Below are positions 54,312 through 63,685 of a stretch of 64,000 nt of DNA, piece after piece (the stretch's first letter is position 1; the number at the start of each line of letters is the position of its first letter). This DNA comes from Alphaproteobacteria bacterium (lineage in GTDB: Bacteria > Pseudomonadota > Alphaproteobacteria > Rs-D84). A model generated the notes under the pieces. It worked only from the letters and a program-made list of their open reading frames with translations, was not told the DNA's origin and searched no databases. The translations under genes were made by a program, and so were the position numbers. The DNA lies in the NCBI GenBank assembly GCA_015062485.1, contig SUUO01000002.1, positions 19,605-83,604 on the forward strand. Direction: 5' to 3'.

Positions 54312-55885
54312 TTTATCACCTTTTCGATTCGTTGTTTAACCCGTTCACCGCCCATAACCGACATAATGGAATACAGGTCCGGTGTATTTGTTCGACCCGA
54401 TAATGCCACACGCAGGTTCATTGCCACATCACCATTTTTAACACCTGTCCTTTCGGCAACCGCAACAATTTTCGCCCACCAGGAATCCTTGTCATCGGCC
54501 GGATTATATGTTTCCAAAAATGATTTTAACACATCGTGATTAAATTCATATTCGGTGTTTGGAACAAACAATTCATCCCAGAAAAATGCAACATTTTCCA
54601 ATGTCTGGGACCAAGTGATAAAGTCCTTGCGGACACGCTTTGGATTATCACGTTCAATCCCCAAAACGCCCGTCAAGTAATCTACATCCGCCACCTGCAT
54701 TTTGTTTGCGTCCGTACCATATTCATTTGCCCACGTGACAACACGCGCAACCAATTCCGGCACCGGCAGCGAACCAATAAATTCCTTGGCCCACCATTCC
54801 AGTTTTTTCATATCAAACAGCGCACCCGACATTGGGATTTTTTTCGCGCGCATTTCATAATCCCAAAATGATTTAACCGCGCCCTTCATCTTGGCTTCTT
54901 CATAGCCCGACGCCGCAATATTCCCCAAATATTCAATCACCGATTCGACCGGCCACCCCGCCTCTAAGAAGAAGGCAACATTTGCCTCTGGGTCTTTGCG
55001 CTTTGATAATTTGCGTTGTTTGCCAGATTCTTCATCAATCTTATCAATGGTTGATGTATGAATATACAATGGTGCGGTCCAGCCCATCATACGGAATAAC
55101 TGCACGTGCAACGGCAATGATGGCAACCATTCTTCGCCACGAATAACGTGTGTTGTACGCATAAAGTGGTCATCACACAAATGCGCAAAATGATACGTTG
55201 GCAAACCGTCATTTGATTTAATTAAAACGATATCCTCGTTATTTTCCGGGAATCCGATTGAACCACGCACCGCATCCTTACAGAAAATTCTTTGTTCTGG
55301 ATTACCGGACGAATACAAACGAATCGATGGAATTTCACCATTATCCAAATGCGCAATAATTTCCGCATCTGTTAAATCACGATCGCGCGCAAATTCACCA
55401 TAGATACCGGTTGCAAAGCCCGCCGCCTTTTGATTATCACGAATTTTTTCCATATCATCCGCCGTCAAAAAGCACGGATATGCCAACCCATTTTCTAATA
55501 AATGCGCCACCACCGAATGATAAATATCTTTGCGTTTTGATTGATAGTACGGACCATATTTTTCATCGTTGTTATAAGTCAAACCGAATCGGTCCATTGA
55601 CGCCTCTATAATTTTAACGGCGTCCATAACTTCGCGCTTGGTGTCTGTATCTTCGATACGCAACATAAACACACCACCCGATTGCTGGGCCAATTTACAG
55701 TCTATCAACGCACCATACAAACCACCAATATGCATATATCCCGTCGGGCTTGGGGCGAATCGTGTGACAAAAGCGCCCTCACCCAGATTACGTGGCGGGA
55801 ATTTTTCTTCTAATTCATCCAATGTATATTTTGGTGCGCCGCCCAACACACGCGCGATTAAGTCTTTTGATAAACCCGTTCTCAT
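54308..55885 (-). CDS. gltX: Glutamate--tRNA ligase
   Basis: RFAPSPTGYMHIGG (HIGH) and KLSKRK (KMSKS). 4-nt overlap with the downstream gene. Confidence 0.9.
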   Translation of the reverse strand: MRTGLSKDLIARVLGGAPKYTLDELEEKFPPRNLGEGAFVTRFAPSPTGYMHIGGLYGALIDCKLAQQSGGVFMLRIEDTDTKREVMDAVKIIEASMDRFGLTYNNDEKYGPYYQSKRKDIYHSVVAHLLENGLAYPCFLTADDMEKIRDNQKAAGFATGIYGEFARDRDLTDAEIIAHLDNGEIPSIRLYSSGNPEQRIFCKDAVRGSIGFPENNEDIVLIKSNDGLPTYHFAHLCDDHFMRTTHVIRGEEWLPSLPLHVQLFRMMGWTAPLYIHTSTIDKIDEESGKQRKLSKRKDPEANVAFFLEAGWPVESVIEYLGNIAASGYEEAKMKGAVKSFWDYEMRAKKIPMSGALFDMKKLEWWAKEFIGSLPVPELVARVVTWANEYGTDANKMQVADVDYLTGVLGIERDNPKRVRKDFITWSQTLENVAFFWDELFVPNTEYEFNHDVLKSFLETYNPADDKDSWWAKIVAVAERTGVKNGDVAMNLRVALSGRTNTPDLYSIMSVMGGERVKQRIEKVIK

Positions 55886-55931
55886 CTATATATTCCTTGT
55901 GTTTTACCAATCCCAATTCTATACTAAATAT

Positions 55932-56555
55932 ATGGAAAAACAAGAAATAAGAACATTTGGACGCCGTCACGGTAAAAAACTATCCACGCGTCAATCGACA
56001 CTGATTGACACGGTTTTACCAACCATAAAACCCACAACGGGCAATATACTGGAAATCGGATTTGGTGCGGGCGAACACGTACGCGACCTGGCACGCAATA
56101 ACCCGGATAAAATTATAATCGGTGCCGAACCATTTATGAATGGGGTGGCCAGCCTGCTGTCTGCAATAACCGATGAAAAATCGAATCGGATTTTGGATGA
56201 ATATACGGGCATTCGTATCTGGGCGGATGATGTGCGGGACTTCCTGCGTGAAACAGATTCGAAATTTGAACAAATCTGGGTCTTGCACCCCGACCCCTGG
56301 CCAAAAGCGCGACACGAAAAACGCAGATTATTATCTGCTGAATTCTTAAATCTGTTATCAAAATATTTATCCGAAAATGGCGAAATAATAATCGGCACAG
56401 ATCACTGGGAATACTTTGATTGGATACGTGAACAAATAAAGTCAACGTCCCTGATTGCGACTATTCCAGACATGGAAATTATTCAAACGCGTTATCAGCA
56501 CAAAAATAAGGCTGGCACCGCCGCCCCAAAATATTTAATTCTAAGAAACGCTTAG
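55932..56555 (+). CDS. trmB: tRNA (guanine-N7)-methyltransferase
   Basis: ..ILEIGFGAGEHV.. SAM motif and ..HPDPWPKARHEKRRL... The start is trimmed to MEKQEIRTFGRR, because the longer ORF is antisense to gltX. Confidence 0.85.
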   Translation: MEKQEIRTFGRRHGKKLSTRQSTLIDTVLPTIKPTTGNILEIGFGAGEHVRDLARNNPDKIIIGAEPFMNGVASLLSAITDEKSNRILDEYTGIRIWADDVRDFLRETDSKFEQIWVLHPDPWPKARHEKRRLLSAEFLNLLSKYLSENGEIIIGTDHWEYFDWIREQIKSTSLIATIPDMEIIQTRYQHKNKAGTAAPKYLILRNA

Positions 56556-57226
56556 TAATTTACAAAAAATCGTAATCCAGACAATAAATCAGGCCGTATC
56601 GATTCGACCAGACGTCGTGCCTGATCGATTCGTTCGGGACGATTTTCCAACGCAAAATGCAACGCACCACCAAAGTCAGCATCCCACGCATTCAGCATTC
56701 CATAAACCCGCCCCACAAAATCTGATTTTTTACCCGCGTCTTTTGTCAAAACGAACAAAACCGCCGACGCATTTATTCGCTTTAATTCGTGGAACAAATT
56801 CGCCCAATTATCCGAATCGATGTCCCCAATATCCAGCCCAATTACCAAATCCCGATTAAAGAACAAATCATCACGAATAATTGCGACCTGGTCTATCATA
56901 GATTTAAGATGCTTGTACCGAACAAAAACCTGGGCACCACAGGCCCCCTGTTTAAGGGATGCGTTAATCCGCACCGTTAAATCAGACATAACACCTTCGT
57001 CCACCTTGTCATCATTGACATAAAAACGTCCAATGATTTTTTTGTCTTGAGCCTCTACCCAGGGCCAAACAACCGGCACCGCATCGGGCACGACCGACAA
57101 CACATCCACATTATAATCGGTTGCAAATTCAACCATACGTGCCAAATCCGTGCTGTCTATTTCCGCACCACACCACACACCGATTTTGGTATTTATATCA
57201 CTTAAAAAAGAATTCATATCAATCAT
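56552..57226 (-). CDS. Hypothetical cytoplasmic protein (224 aa)
   Basis: Long ORF with alternating beta-alpha character. No motif was recognised. Confidence 0.5.
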   Translation of the reverse strand: MIDMNSFLSDINTKIGVWCGAEIDSTDLARMVEFATDYNVDVLSVVPDAVPVVWPWVEAQDKKIIGRFYVNDDKVDEGVMSDLTVRINASLKQGACGAQVFVRYKHLKSMIDQVAIIRDDLFFNRDLVIGLDIGDIDSDNWANLFHELKRINASAVLFVLTKDAGKKSDFVGRVYGMLNAWDADFGGALHFALENRPERIDQARRLVESIRPDLLSGLRFFVNY

Positions 57227-57268
57227 AACACTTTTTACTTTATCACAAATATGATAGAATAAAAAACG

Positions 57269-58177
57269 ATGAAAAAGAATTTTGAAAATATTTTACTGGG
57301 ACTTCTGTGGTTGCTAGCCGCGACCCTGGGGACAACATTTTGGTTCAACACCCGTTTCGGTTTTAATCTGTTTTCGGGGGCACATTGGGATTACCTGGCA
57401 ACGCAACAGGCATCACGCGCCCCGGTCAGTTTTTGGTTCTATTTTTCATTTGTCGCGGCAACATTTATCACGCTGTTTGTGCTTTATTTGTTGATAAAGC
57501 CACGCCGGCGTCATATCAAGATTTCTGCACCACAAAAAACAAATACAGCACCCAAAACCAATCCCGATGCATCGCAAATAAACATTATACCCGGCACGGT
57601 TCAACACGCCCCCATCACACCGGTGGCACCCACCGCGGCACCAATGCCGCCACGCCCACCGCGATTAAATATCGCGCCCGCGAACACATTTGCACCGGCG
57701 ACACCAGTGCCCACGACAATGACACCCACTATCCCTGCGACGACCACAACGCCATCTGTCCAAACAAAACAAGACTGGCCCGAAATTCGTGAAATCTTTT
57801 CAATGGCGGGCTATGTTATTAAACCGGAACCATTTATCAATGGAAAGAAGATGGCATTACTGGCCATTGGCACGGACGAGGTTTTATACCTTGGCGCGGT
57901 TGGCATATCAACATCCCAAATGCAGGGTTGCGTTAATAAGTTACAACAAATATTCCGTGACACACTAGATGACATTGAAATCACGGTTAATGCATTTGTG
58001 CTGAACCCAACGGGGACAAACGCCGATGAATCTGTATTAACATTTAATTCAATCGATGAATTACGTCATTATATGAACGAACATCGCAACACACCACTGG
58101 ATACGGATGATGCTGAAAATTTTGCGGCGTATTCTGAATACATAACAACCGTAATTGAATACATAGGGAAACTGTAA
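57269..58177 (+). CDS. Membrane protein with Pro/Thr-rich linker and C-terminal globular domain, hypothetical
   Basis: Two N-terminal TM segments, about 100 aa of P/T/A-rich linker, and a 130-aa C-terminal domain. It is the first gene of a four-gene co-directional cluster. Confidence 0.55.
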   Translation: MKKNFENILLGLLWLLAATLGTTFWFNTRFGFNLFSGAHWDYLATQQASRAPVSFWFYFSFVAATFITLFVLYLLIKPRRRHIKISAPQKTNTAPKTNPDASQINIIPGTVQHAPITPVAPTAAPMPPRPPRLNIAPANTFAPATPVPTTMTPTIPATTTTPSVQTKQDWPEIREIFSMAGYVIKPEPFINGKKMALLAIGTDEVLYLGAVGISTSQMQGCVNKLQQIFRDTLDDIEITVNAFVLNPTGTNADESVLTFNSIDELRHYMNEHRNTPLDTDDAENFAAYSEYITTVIEYIGKL

Positions 58178-58677
58178 TGCAATTAAACGAAAGCGCGGCT
58201 GAAAAAATCTTGGCGGATATGTCTATGGACGATATGCCCGTGATGGAATATACGCCACAACCCACCGCCCTTTCCCCCGATTGGTTTAAAAAATACAAGG
58301 AATTATGTCACGCCTTTACGGCCAGTCTGACCGATTCTGTCCAAGAATTAGCATTTATGAATTTATCCCAGGATGAATTTATGGGCCTGTTGATGGGACA
58401 AAATATTCCGCAAAATATATCATTTCGTTTTCGTGTGCCGTTAATGTTGGGCGGGAAAATGGAAATTGATAATATGTTTATGTGCTGGACATTTCCACAC
58501 AGTATGCGCCTTGATAAATTTATAATTATGCAATCAGACGCAAAAACATTATGGCTACCCAATCCGGCAAAAAAAATATATCTGCCGGCGCATACGACCG
58601 GCGGTGGCGACGGCGGTAATGCGACCGAAGACAGACTGGCCCAAATGGCAGCGCAGTTGGCGGCGGAACGCGATTAA
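58177..58677 (+). CDS. Hypothetical protein with degenerate HNH-like (beta-beta-alpha-Me) spacing
   Basis: TAATG overlap with the upstream gene. FRFRVPLMLGGKMEIDNMFMCWTFPHSM keeps the P-x3-GG-x5-N-x3-C-x4-H spacing of HNH nucleases but lacks the upstream catalytic His. Confidence 0.45.
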   Translation: MQLNESAAEKILADMSMDDMPVMEYTPQPTALSPDWFKKYKELCHAFTASLTDSVQELAFMNLSQDEFMGLLMGQNIPQNISFRFRVPLMLGGKMEIDNMFMCWTFPHSMRLDKFIIMQSDAKTLWLPNPAKKIYLPAHTTGGGDGGNATEDRLAQMAAQLAAERD

Positions 58678-58691
58678 AGAATGGATAAAAT

Positions 58692-59132
58692 ATGGCATTA
58701 ACACGTGATGAATTTTTATCTGCAATGAAATCCCGGGGTGCATTTATTGCCCCCGCCGCAACGCCCCAACAAATAACAAATACAAATTCTGTGTTACAAC
58801 ATATTCGTGCGGCAATCTTGCCAATGTTTATGATTGAATTTTTTGCCACAACATCTGGCATATCATTGGATTCTGGATATATATTTGGGCCAAACGAATT
58901 TGACAACGGACCACGCACACCGGTTCCCAATATTATTGACGTGAACCGCGAATATGGAACCCTGCCCGGGACCAGTGGCAAAACAATATTTGGTCGCAAC
59001 GATTTATTTTTATTTGCGTTTGATACATTTGGCACGTGCTATATGTTGGATAATTTATCATTGCGCATATTGCGTAAATATGATGACCCATATCGCGCAA
59101 TGACCGATTGCTTGATTGCCGGGAAATATTAA
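58692..59132 (+). CDS. SUKH (SMI1/KNR4)-like immunity-type protein (weak)
   Basis: ..AILPMFMIEFFATTSGISLDSGYIFGPNE.. and ..KTIFGRNDLFLFAFDTFGTCYMLD.. fit the SUKH-1 pattern. Confidence 0.4.
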   Translation: MALTRDEFLSAMKSRGAFIAPAATPQQITNTNSVLQHIRAAILPMFMIEFFATTSGISLDSGYIFGPNEFDNGPRTPVPNIIDVNREYGTLPGTSGKTIFGRNDLFLFAFDTFGTCYMLDNLSLRILRKYDDPYRAMTDCLIAGKY

Positions 59133-59133
59133 G

Positions 59134-59340
59134 ATGAAAAAAATATCTGTATCTTTATCGGGCCATCAAACCAGTATCACCCTGGAACCAGAATTTATCG
59201 ACGTCTTAAAACGAATCGCCGGTACACGTGGCGTATCCATTGCATCGATAATTTGTGAAATTGATAACAAACGTGCACCAGACACGAATTTATCATCCGC
59301 CATCCGCGTTTGGATTTTAACCCAGGTTATGAAAGATTAA
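59134..59340 (+). CDS. Ribbon-helix-helix protein (RHH_4 type)
   Basis: KISVSLSGHQTSITLEPEFIDVLKRIAGTRGVSIASIICEIDNKRAPDTNLSSAIRVWIL matches the alphaproteobacterial RHH_4 pattern (S..L.GH.TS..LE.eFw..l..iA...g.s...l...iD......NLSSAiRv). Confidence 0.7.
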   Translation: MKKISVSLSGHQTSITLEPEFIDVLKRIAGTRGVSIASIICEIDNKRAPDTNLSSAIRVWILTQVMKD

Positions 59341-61358
59341 TTTTCTTTATCAATCGCACTCATTGCAACCGATGATATGGTGGCAAATGCCAATATGATA
59401 ATAAACCACCAATTCATACCAATTACCCGATATGGGGTTATATGCGCCCCCCATACAAATCCATCAATATGTCCCGACGCGCCGATTGGCATACTTTCTA
59501 TTACCACGCCATCTGCACCAACAAACGCGCTGATACCTGAATAGTTCGCGCGAATAATCGGCAACCCCGATTCAATGGCATAGCGCCGCACCATATCCAA
59601 ATGCTGATATGTCCCGGGTGTTTTCCCAAACCAGTTATCATTGGTGATATTTATAATTGCATCTGGATTTAATCCCGCCCCATCCGGCAGCAAGGAATCT
59701 GAAAAAATAACCTCGTAACACACGGCGGGGGCAAATACAAAATCACGTCCCGCGATATCCAAACTAATTAATTCTGGCCCATCACCGGGGACCAAATTTG
59801 CCGGCGCCGGCAAGAATCCCAACGGCCTATATTCGCCAAACGGTACCAGGTGAGATTTGCTGTATACGCTTAAAATCCGGCCATTTTCATCAGACACAAT
59901 CATCGAATTTTGTAACCCCAATGATGGATTATAAGTTGTCGCCCCAATAATAACATTTGTCCCCAACGCCACCCCCAGTGGCATCTGGTCGCCATCAACA
60001 ACAACGAACGGGTACGCCGTTTCTGGATAAACTATTAAATCCGGCGTCGCGTCCCCCACCCCCATAAACAACATTTTACCCAAATTTTCTTCGGCGTTTT
60101 TTATTGCCATCTCGCGATTATGCGTTGCCTTTTGCGATTGTGATATGGCGGGTTGCACAATACGTATCAGTTGCGGTTTTAAATCCGCCCCACTATCAGA
60201 GCGCTTCATATTTTCACGTCCCGCAAATACACCAATCAACCCCAACACAACAAATACCATCAACGTTGCAAGATTTACACGTTTGCGCAAACGCAATAAT
60301 TCCACCACCGCGCCCGCAAACCCAATAATTACAAAGGTCAACCCCAATGCCCCCCACAAAGACATAGAATTTGCAAGCATTGGCATCGGCATTGAAATAT
60401 TTGCAATCGGATTCCACGGGAATCCCGTAAACACCCATTCACGCAACCATAAAACGATTACCCAAATGGCCGCAAAGAAAAATGGCCGCGCCCCGGGCTT
60501 CATACGTACCACACGCAAAATCGCAAATGGTGTCCCGAAAATTATCATCCCCGCCAACGCCAGGCCAATCAACCCCGGCACCGTCCAAATTGCATATTGC
60601 GTGGCCAATTCCGGCACAACATAAATAGAATTCAAAACCCACCAAAACATACCAACACCATACATTGCCCCAAATGGTGCCACACGCCAGAATGCACGCC
60701 AAAAACCAATCTTTTTATTTGCGCGCACCGTCAACCAATATGCCCCCATAAAACATAAAATTGTCAGCCACCACATATTAAATGGCGCAAATCCAAATGT
60801 CGCAAGACCACCAAACACTGCGTACAGCGCATATTGCCAAAAAGAATCCGTACGTATTTTAAATTTATTTAAGAAAGCAAACAACCCCGCCCCCGGACAC
60901 CCCAATGCACATTCACACGCATCACAAGCATCCATCTTATACGGATTTTTTATTCCCAATTTTGCCAAGATTTTTATTTCCTTGCTTTCCATAATTTTCG
61001 CCTGTTTATCATTCAAATGATCATATCCCAATAAATGTAAAACACCGTGCACAACCATATGTGCCGTATGATCGGCGACAGATTTATTTTGCTGGGCCGC
61101 CTCGCGCAGGACGGTGTCCAATGAAATATAAATATCCCCCAACAAAACATCATCCCCCAATTCAAACGACAAGACATTTGTTGGTGCATCCTTGCCACGC
61201 CAATCACGATTTAACGCGTGAATTTCCGCATCATCGGTTAATATAATTGAAACCTCTGATTCTTTGTGTGCGGGAAAACCCTGCGTACAGACGATTTTTT
61301 CAAAATCGATTTTGTACTTTTTCCATCTGCTATCGTGTATATCAACAAAGACTTTCAT
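59337..61358 (-). CDS. In-frame fusion of rRNA maturation RNase YbeY (N-terminal) and apolipoprotein N-acyltransferase Lnt (C-terminal)
   Basis: The first ~150 aa carry the YbeY zinc motif (HMVVHGVLHLLGYDH). They are followed by Lnt TM helices (FGGLATFGFAPFNMWWL) and a CN-hydrolase domain with E (LIVYPETA), K (YSKSHLVPFGEY) and C (PAVCYEVIF). No stop codon separates them. Confidence 0.8.
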   Translation of the reverse strand: MKVFVDIHDSRWKKYKIDFEKIVCTQGFPAHKESEVSIILTDDAEIHALNRDWRGKDAPTNVLSFELGDDVLLGDIYISLDTVLREAAQQNKSVADHTAHMVVHGVLHLLGYDHLNDKQAKIMESKEIKILAKLGIKNPYKMDACDACECALGCPGAGLFAFLNKFKIRTDSFWQYALYAVFGGLATFGFAPFNMWWLTILCFMGAYWLTVRANKKIGFWRAFWRVAPFGAMYGVGMFWWVLNSIYVVPELATQYAIWTVPGLIGLALAGMIIFGTPFAILRVVRMKPGARPFFFAAIWVIVLWLREWVFTGFPWNPIANISMPMPMLANSMSLWGALGLTFVIIGFAGAVVELLRLRKRVNLATLMVFVVLGLIGVFAGRENMKRSDSGADLKPQLIRIVQPAISQSQKATHNREMAIKNAEENLGKMLFMGVGDATPDLIVYPETAYPFVVVDGDQMPLGVALGTNVIIGATTYNPSLGLQNSMIVSDENGRILSVYSKSHLVPFGEYRPLGFLPAPANLVPGDGPELISLDIAGRDFVFAPAVCYEVIFSDSLLPDGAGLNPDAIINITNDNWFGKTPGTYQHLDMVRRYAIESGLPIIRANYSGISAFVGADGVVIESMPIGASGHIDGFVWGAHITPYRVIGMNWWFIIILAFATISSVAMSAIDKEN

Positions 61359-61395
61359 ATTATAATGTTCCCCCTGCACCTAATCATATTGGATT

Positions 61396-63249
61396 TTATG
61401 CCCGATATTCACCATCCTTGGCGCGTGCGGCATCAAGAATCGCTGATTTATTTTTCACCTTTGCCGCTGATGCCTTGAACGACAACTTCTTTAACGCATC
61501 CATCATTTTCTTTACATCATTAATTGCCCTGTTATAAATATCAATTATATCAGAATCTAATTCTATCATTTCCGCATTTTTCTTGGCGGTGTTAAAATTC
61601 TTTTCTGCCAATTGATATTGTTCCTTGGCCGCTGACGCATCCCCAGATTCCTGGGCGATACGCCCCATTTCCTGGCGGGCAAGTCCTGCATTATAATACG
61701 TCATTGCCTTTACCCGTCGATCCAGTAACATAGACTTGTTTGAATTCATATATTCGTTACATTTGACGACCGTATCAATACACTTTTGGTAATACTCTAC
61801 CGACTTATTTTTATCCCCCAGCATTTTGTACGTTAGCGCCAACGAACTGTACGCCTCCATATTGTCTGGATTTAACGCCAAGGCCTCAACATAAAGTTTT
61901 TCGGCGTCTTTATATTTTCCTTTTTTAAATTTCTTGTCTGCTTTGTTTACCACCGCCATAGATTTTTCATAATTTGAATCTTTGGCTTTTTCGTCAAATT
62001 TAAATGTGTCACCGGACGTTTTTATATCCGCAACAATCTTACGTCCGGTATCAAAATCATTCAAAAATTCACGCACAGTATTTGTATTTGGCCGACTGCG
62101 TCCCAATAAAAATTCAATATTTTGTTGTGATATTACAAAATGCCCATTCTTGTATACGGTGTTAACATTAACCATTGAAAAAGAATCCCGTGTCCAATCC
62201 AAGATTTGTTCTGCACTGATTGCGCCAATCGCGTACAACGCGCACGTATATCGACGAACACGTGTCCCATCACGCCATTTTGATGGAACATTCGTCACAT
62301 CTGCAAATGCATCCGCCACCTGTTGTACGGTGGTGGCCGACGCCAATTTTTCTGCGATATGTTTCATATCCGCGGGACGTTGATAACCCGCCATCAACAA
62401 TGCAATTTGCATTTGTGGTGTAATATTATCATACGGTTTAATCGCATTATAAAGCGCGGGTAACGTTTCATAAATCAAATGCCGACGTGCCTGCTCATAA
62501 TTTTTATCTGCGCTCAAAGTTTTGGTATTATTTTTAAGATTTTTTTCTTTATACAAAACGCCATTGTCGTTATACCAATATTGCCACGTACACCCCAGTC
62601 CATTTGTATACCGTTTTTCCCCAGAATGTAATTTTGGTGACGCGCGATACGTTTCAAGTTCCGTCAACGCCACCGCAATTTCATCCCAGTATTCTTTTGC
62701 CGCCTGCTTTACAAATTCCGATTGCGATTGATTTGTCGAAATTGCACTCAAATGCGGAACCGTATTATTAATGTCTTTTACCTTTGACTTTACATCAATA
62801 CTCATTATATCTATGGTATTGTCATCATCTGAATCATCATCATCTGTTAATTCTGCAATCCACTCTTTAACCGTTTCTTTTATAAAAGATTCGTCCCGGC
62901 TTAAATCAATCCCCGCCGCCGTCGCCACCAACATCATATAGTAAACTATATGCCCCATAAAATTAGGATTCTTTTTAATAAATGCCCGCCACAGTTTCTT
63001 TTTACCTTTACCGTCTGTCTTTTTAATCTTGGCCAACAACTCTTCCAGTTTACGTGTCAGATGATTATCAAGCAGCGCATATTTCAATGTCCATGTAATA
63101 AACTGCATCAAAGAATGAAACGCAATCTTTCCCCCGCGTCCGACGCGTTTACCCGTACTTTTTGGCCAATTACCCCGAACCAGTTTTTTGCGCGCCTTTC
63201 CAAAATACATATGTGGCGCATTCACAACTTTTTCAAAATTCTTAGACAT
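61396..63249 (-). CDS. Large hypothetical protein with central lysozyme-like (GH24-like) region and C-terminal TPR repeats
   Basis: ..SGEKRYTNGLGCTWQYWY.., ..ITPQMQIALLMAGYQRP.. and ..GTRVRRYTCALYAIG.. resemble the GH24 layout. The TPR-like segment is KYKDAEKLYVEALALNPDNMEAYSSLALTYKMLGDKNKSVEYYQKCI. The start is at MSKNFEKV (63249). Confidence 0.5.
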   Translation of the reverse strand: MSKNFEKVVNAPHMYFGKARKKLVRGNWPKSTGKRVGRGGKIAFHSLMQFITWTLKYALLDNHLTRKLEELLAKIKKTDGKGKKKLWRAFIKKNPNFMGHIVYYMMLVATAAGIDLSRDESFIKETVKEWIAELTDDDDSDDDNTIDIMSIDVKSKVKDINNTVPHLSAISTNQSQSEFVKQAAKEYWDEIAVALTELETYRASPKLHSGEKRYTNGLGCTWQYWYNDNGVLYKEKNLKNNTKTLSADKNYEQARRHLIYETLPALYNAIKPYDNITPQMQIALLMAGYQRPADMKHIAEKLASATTVQQVADAFADVTNVPSKWRDGTRVRRYTCALYAIGAISAEQILDWTRDSFSMVNVNTVYKNGHFVISQQNIEFLLGRSRPNTNTVREFLNDFDTGRKIVADIKTSGDTFKFDEKAKDSNYEKSMAVVNKADKKFKKGKYKDAEKLYVEALALNPDNMEAYSSLALTYKMLGDKNKSVEYYQKCIDTVVKCNEYMNSNKSMLLDRRVKAMTYYNAGLARQEMGRIAQESGDASAAKEQYQLAEKNFNTAKKNAEMIELDSDIIDIYNRAINDVKKMMDALKKLSFKASAAKVKNKSAILDAARAKDGEYRA

Positions 63250-63250
63250 A

Positions 63251-63613
63251 TTACTTTTTCCCCAATCCTGTTTTCTTTGCAATGCGTGAACGCTTGCGCG
63301 CGTATGCGGGTGCAACAAATGGATAGTCCACCGGCAATCCCCACTTTGCCCGATATTGTTCAGGCGTCATATTAAATTTCCGCTTTACATAGCGCCGCAA
63401 CATAATATGCCACGTGCCATCTTCCAGGCATTGAATTTTATCGGGCTGAATTGAATCTTCGATTTGTTGTGGTGTAACAGATGCCCCGCGCAAGATTTCA
63501 CGCGCTTGCTTTACCGCGGTTTCCATATCCAACGCCGGATTTGCCGCAATTGCCGCCGCCGCCAGGTTTGCCACCGCCAGCGCAAATTCAGAACTTTTAT
63601 TTATATTTACCAA
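63251..63613 (-). CDS. mucR: Ros/MucR-family transcriptional regulator with degenerate zinc site
   Basis: C-terminal ..MTPEQYRAKWGLPVDYPFVAPAYARKRSRIAKKTGLG. The CLECG..H....H ligand positions read CLEDG..Y....F/K. Confidence 0.8.
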   Translation of the reverse strand: MVNINKSSEFALAVANLAAAAIAANPALDMETAVKQAREILRGASVTPQQIEDSIQPDKIQCLEDGTWHIMLRRYVKRKFNMTPEQYRAKWGLPVDYPFVAPAYARKRSRIAKKTGLGKK

Positions 63614-63685
63614 TTGCCAACCCCTGTGTTTTTTAATAGAATAATTATACCATAAATAAACATTAAATAAAAGCGAAGTAAAACT

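Noticed and set aside
55638-55931. N-terminal 98-aa extension of the trmB ORF.
   Set aside because: The extension is antisense to the gltX 5' region and has no TrmB homology. The conserved TrmB sequence begins at the ATG at 55932.
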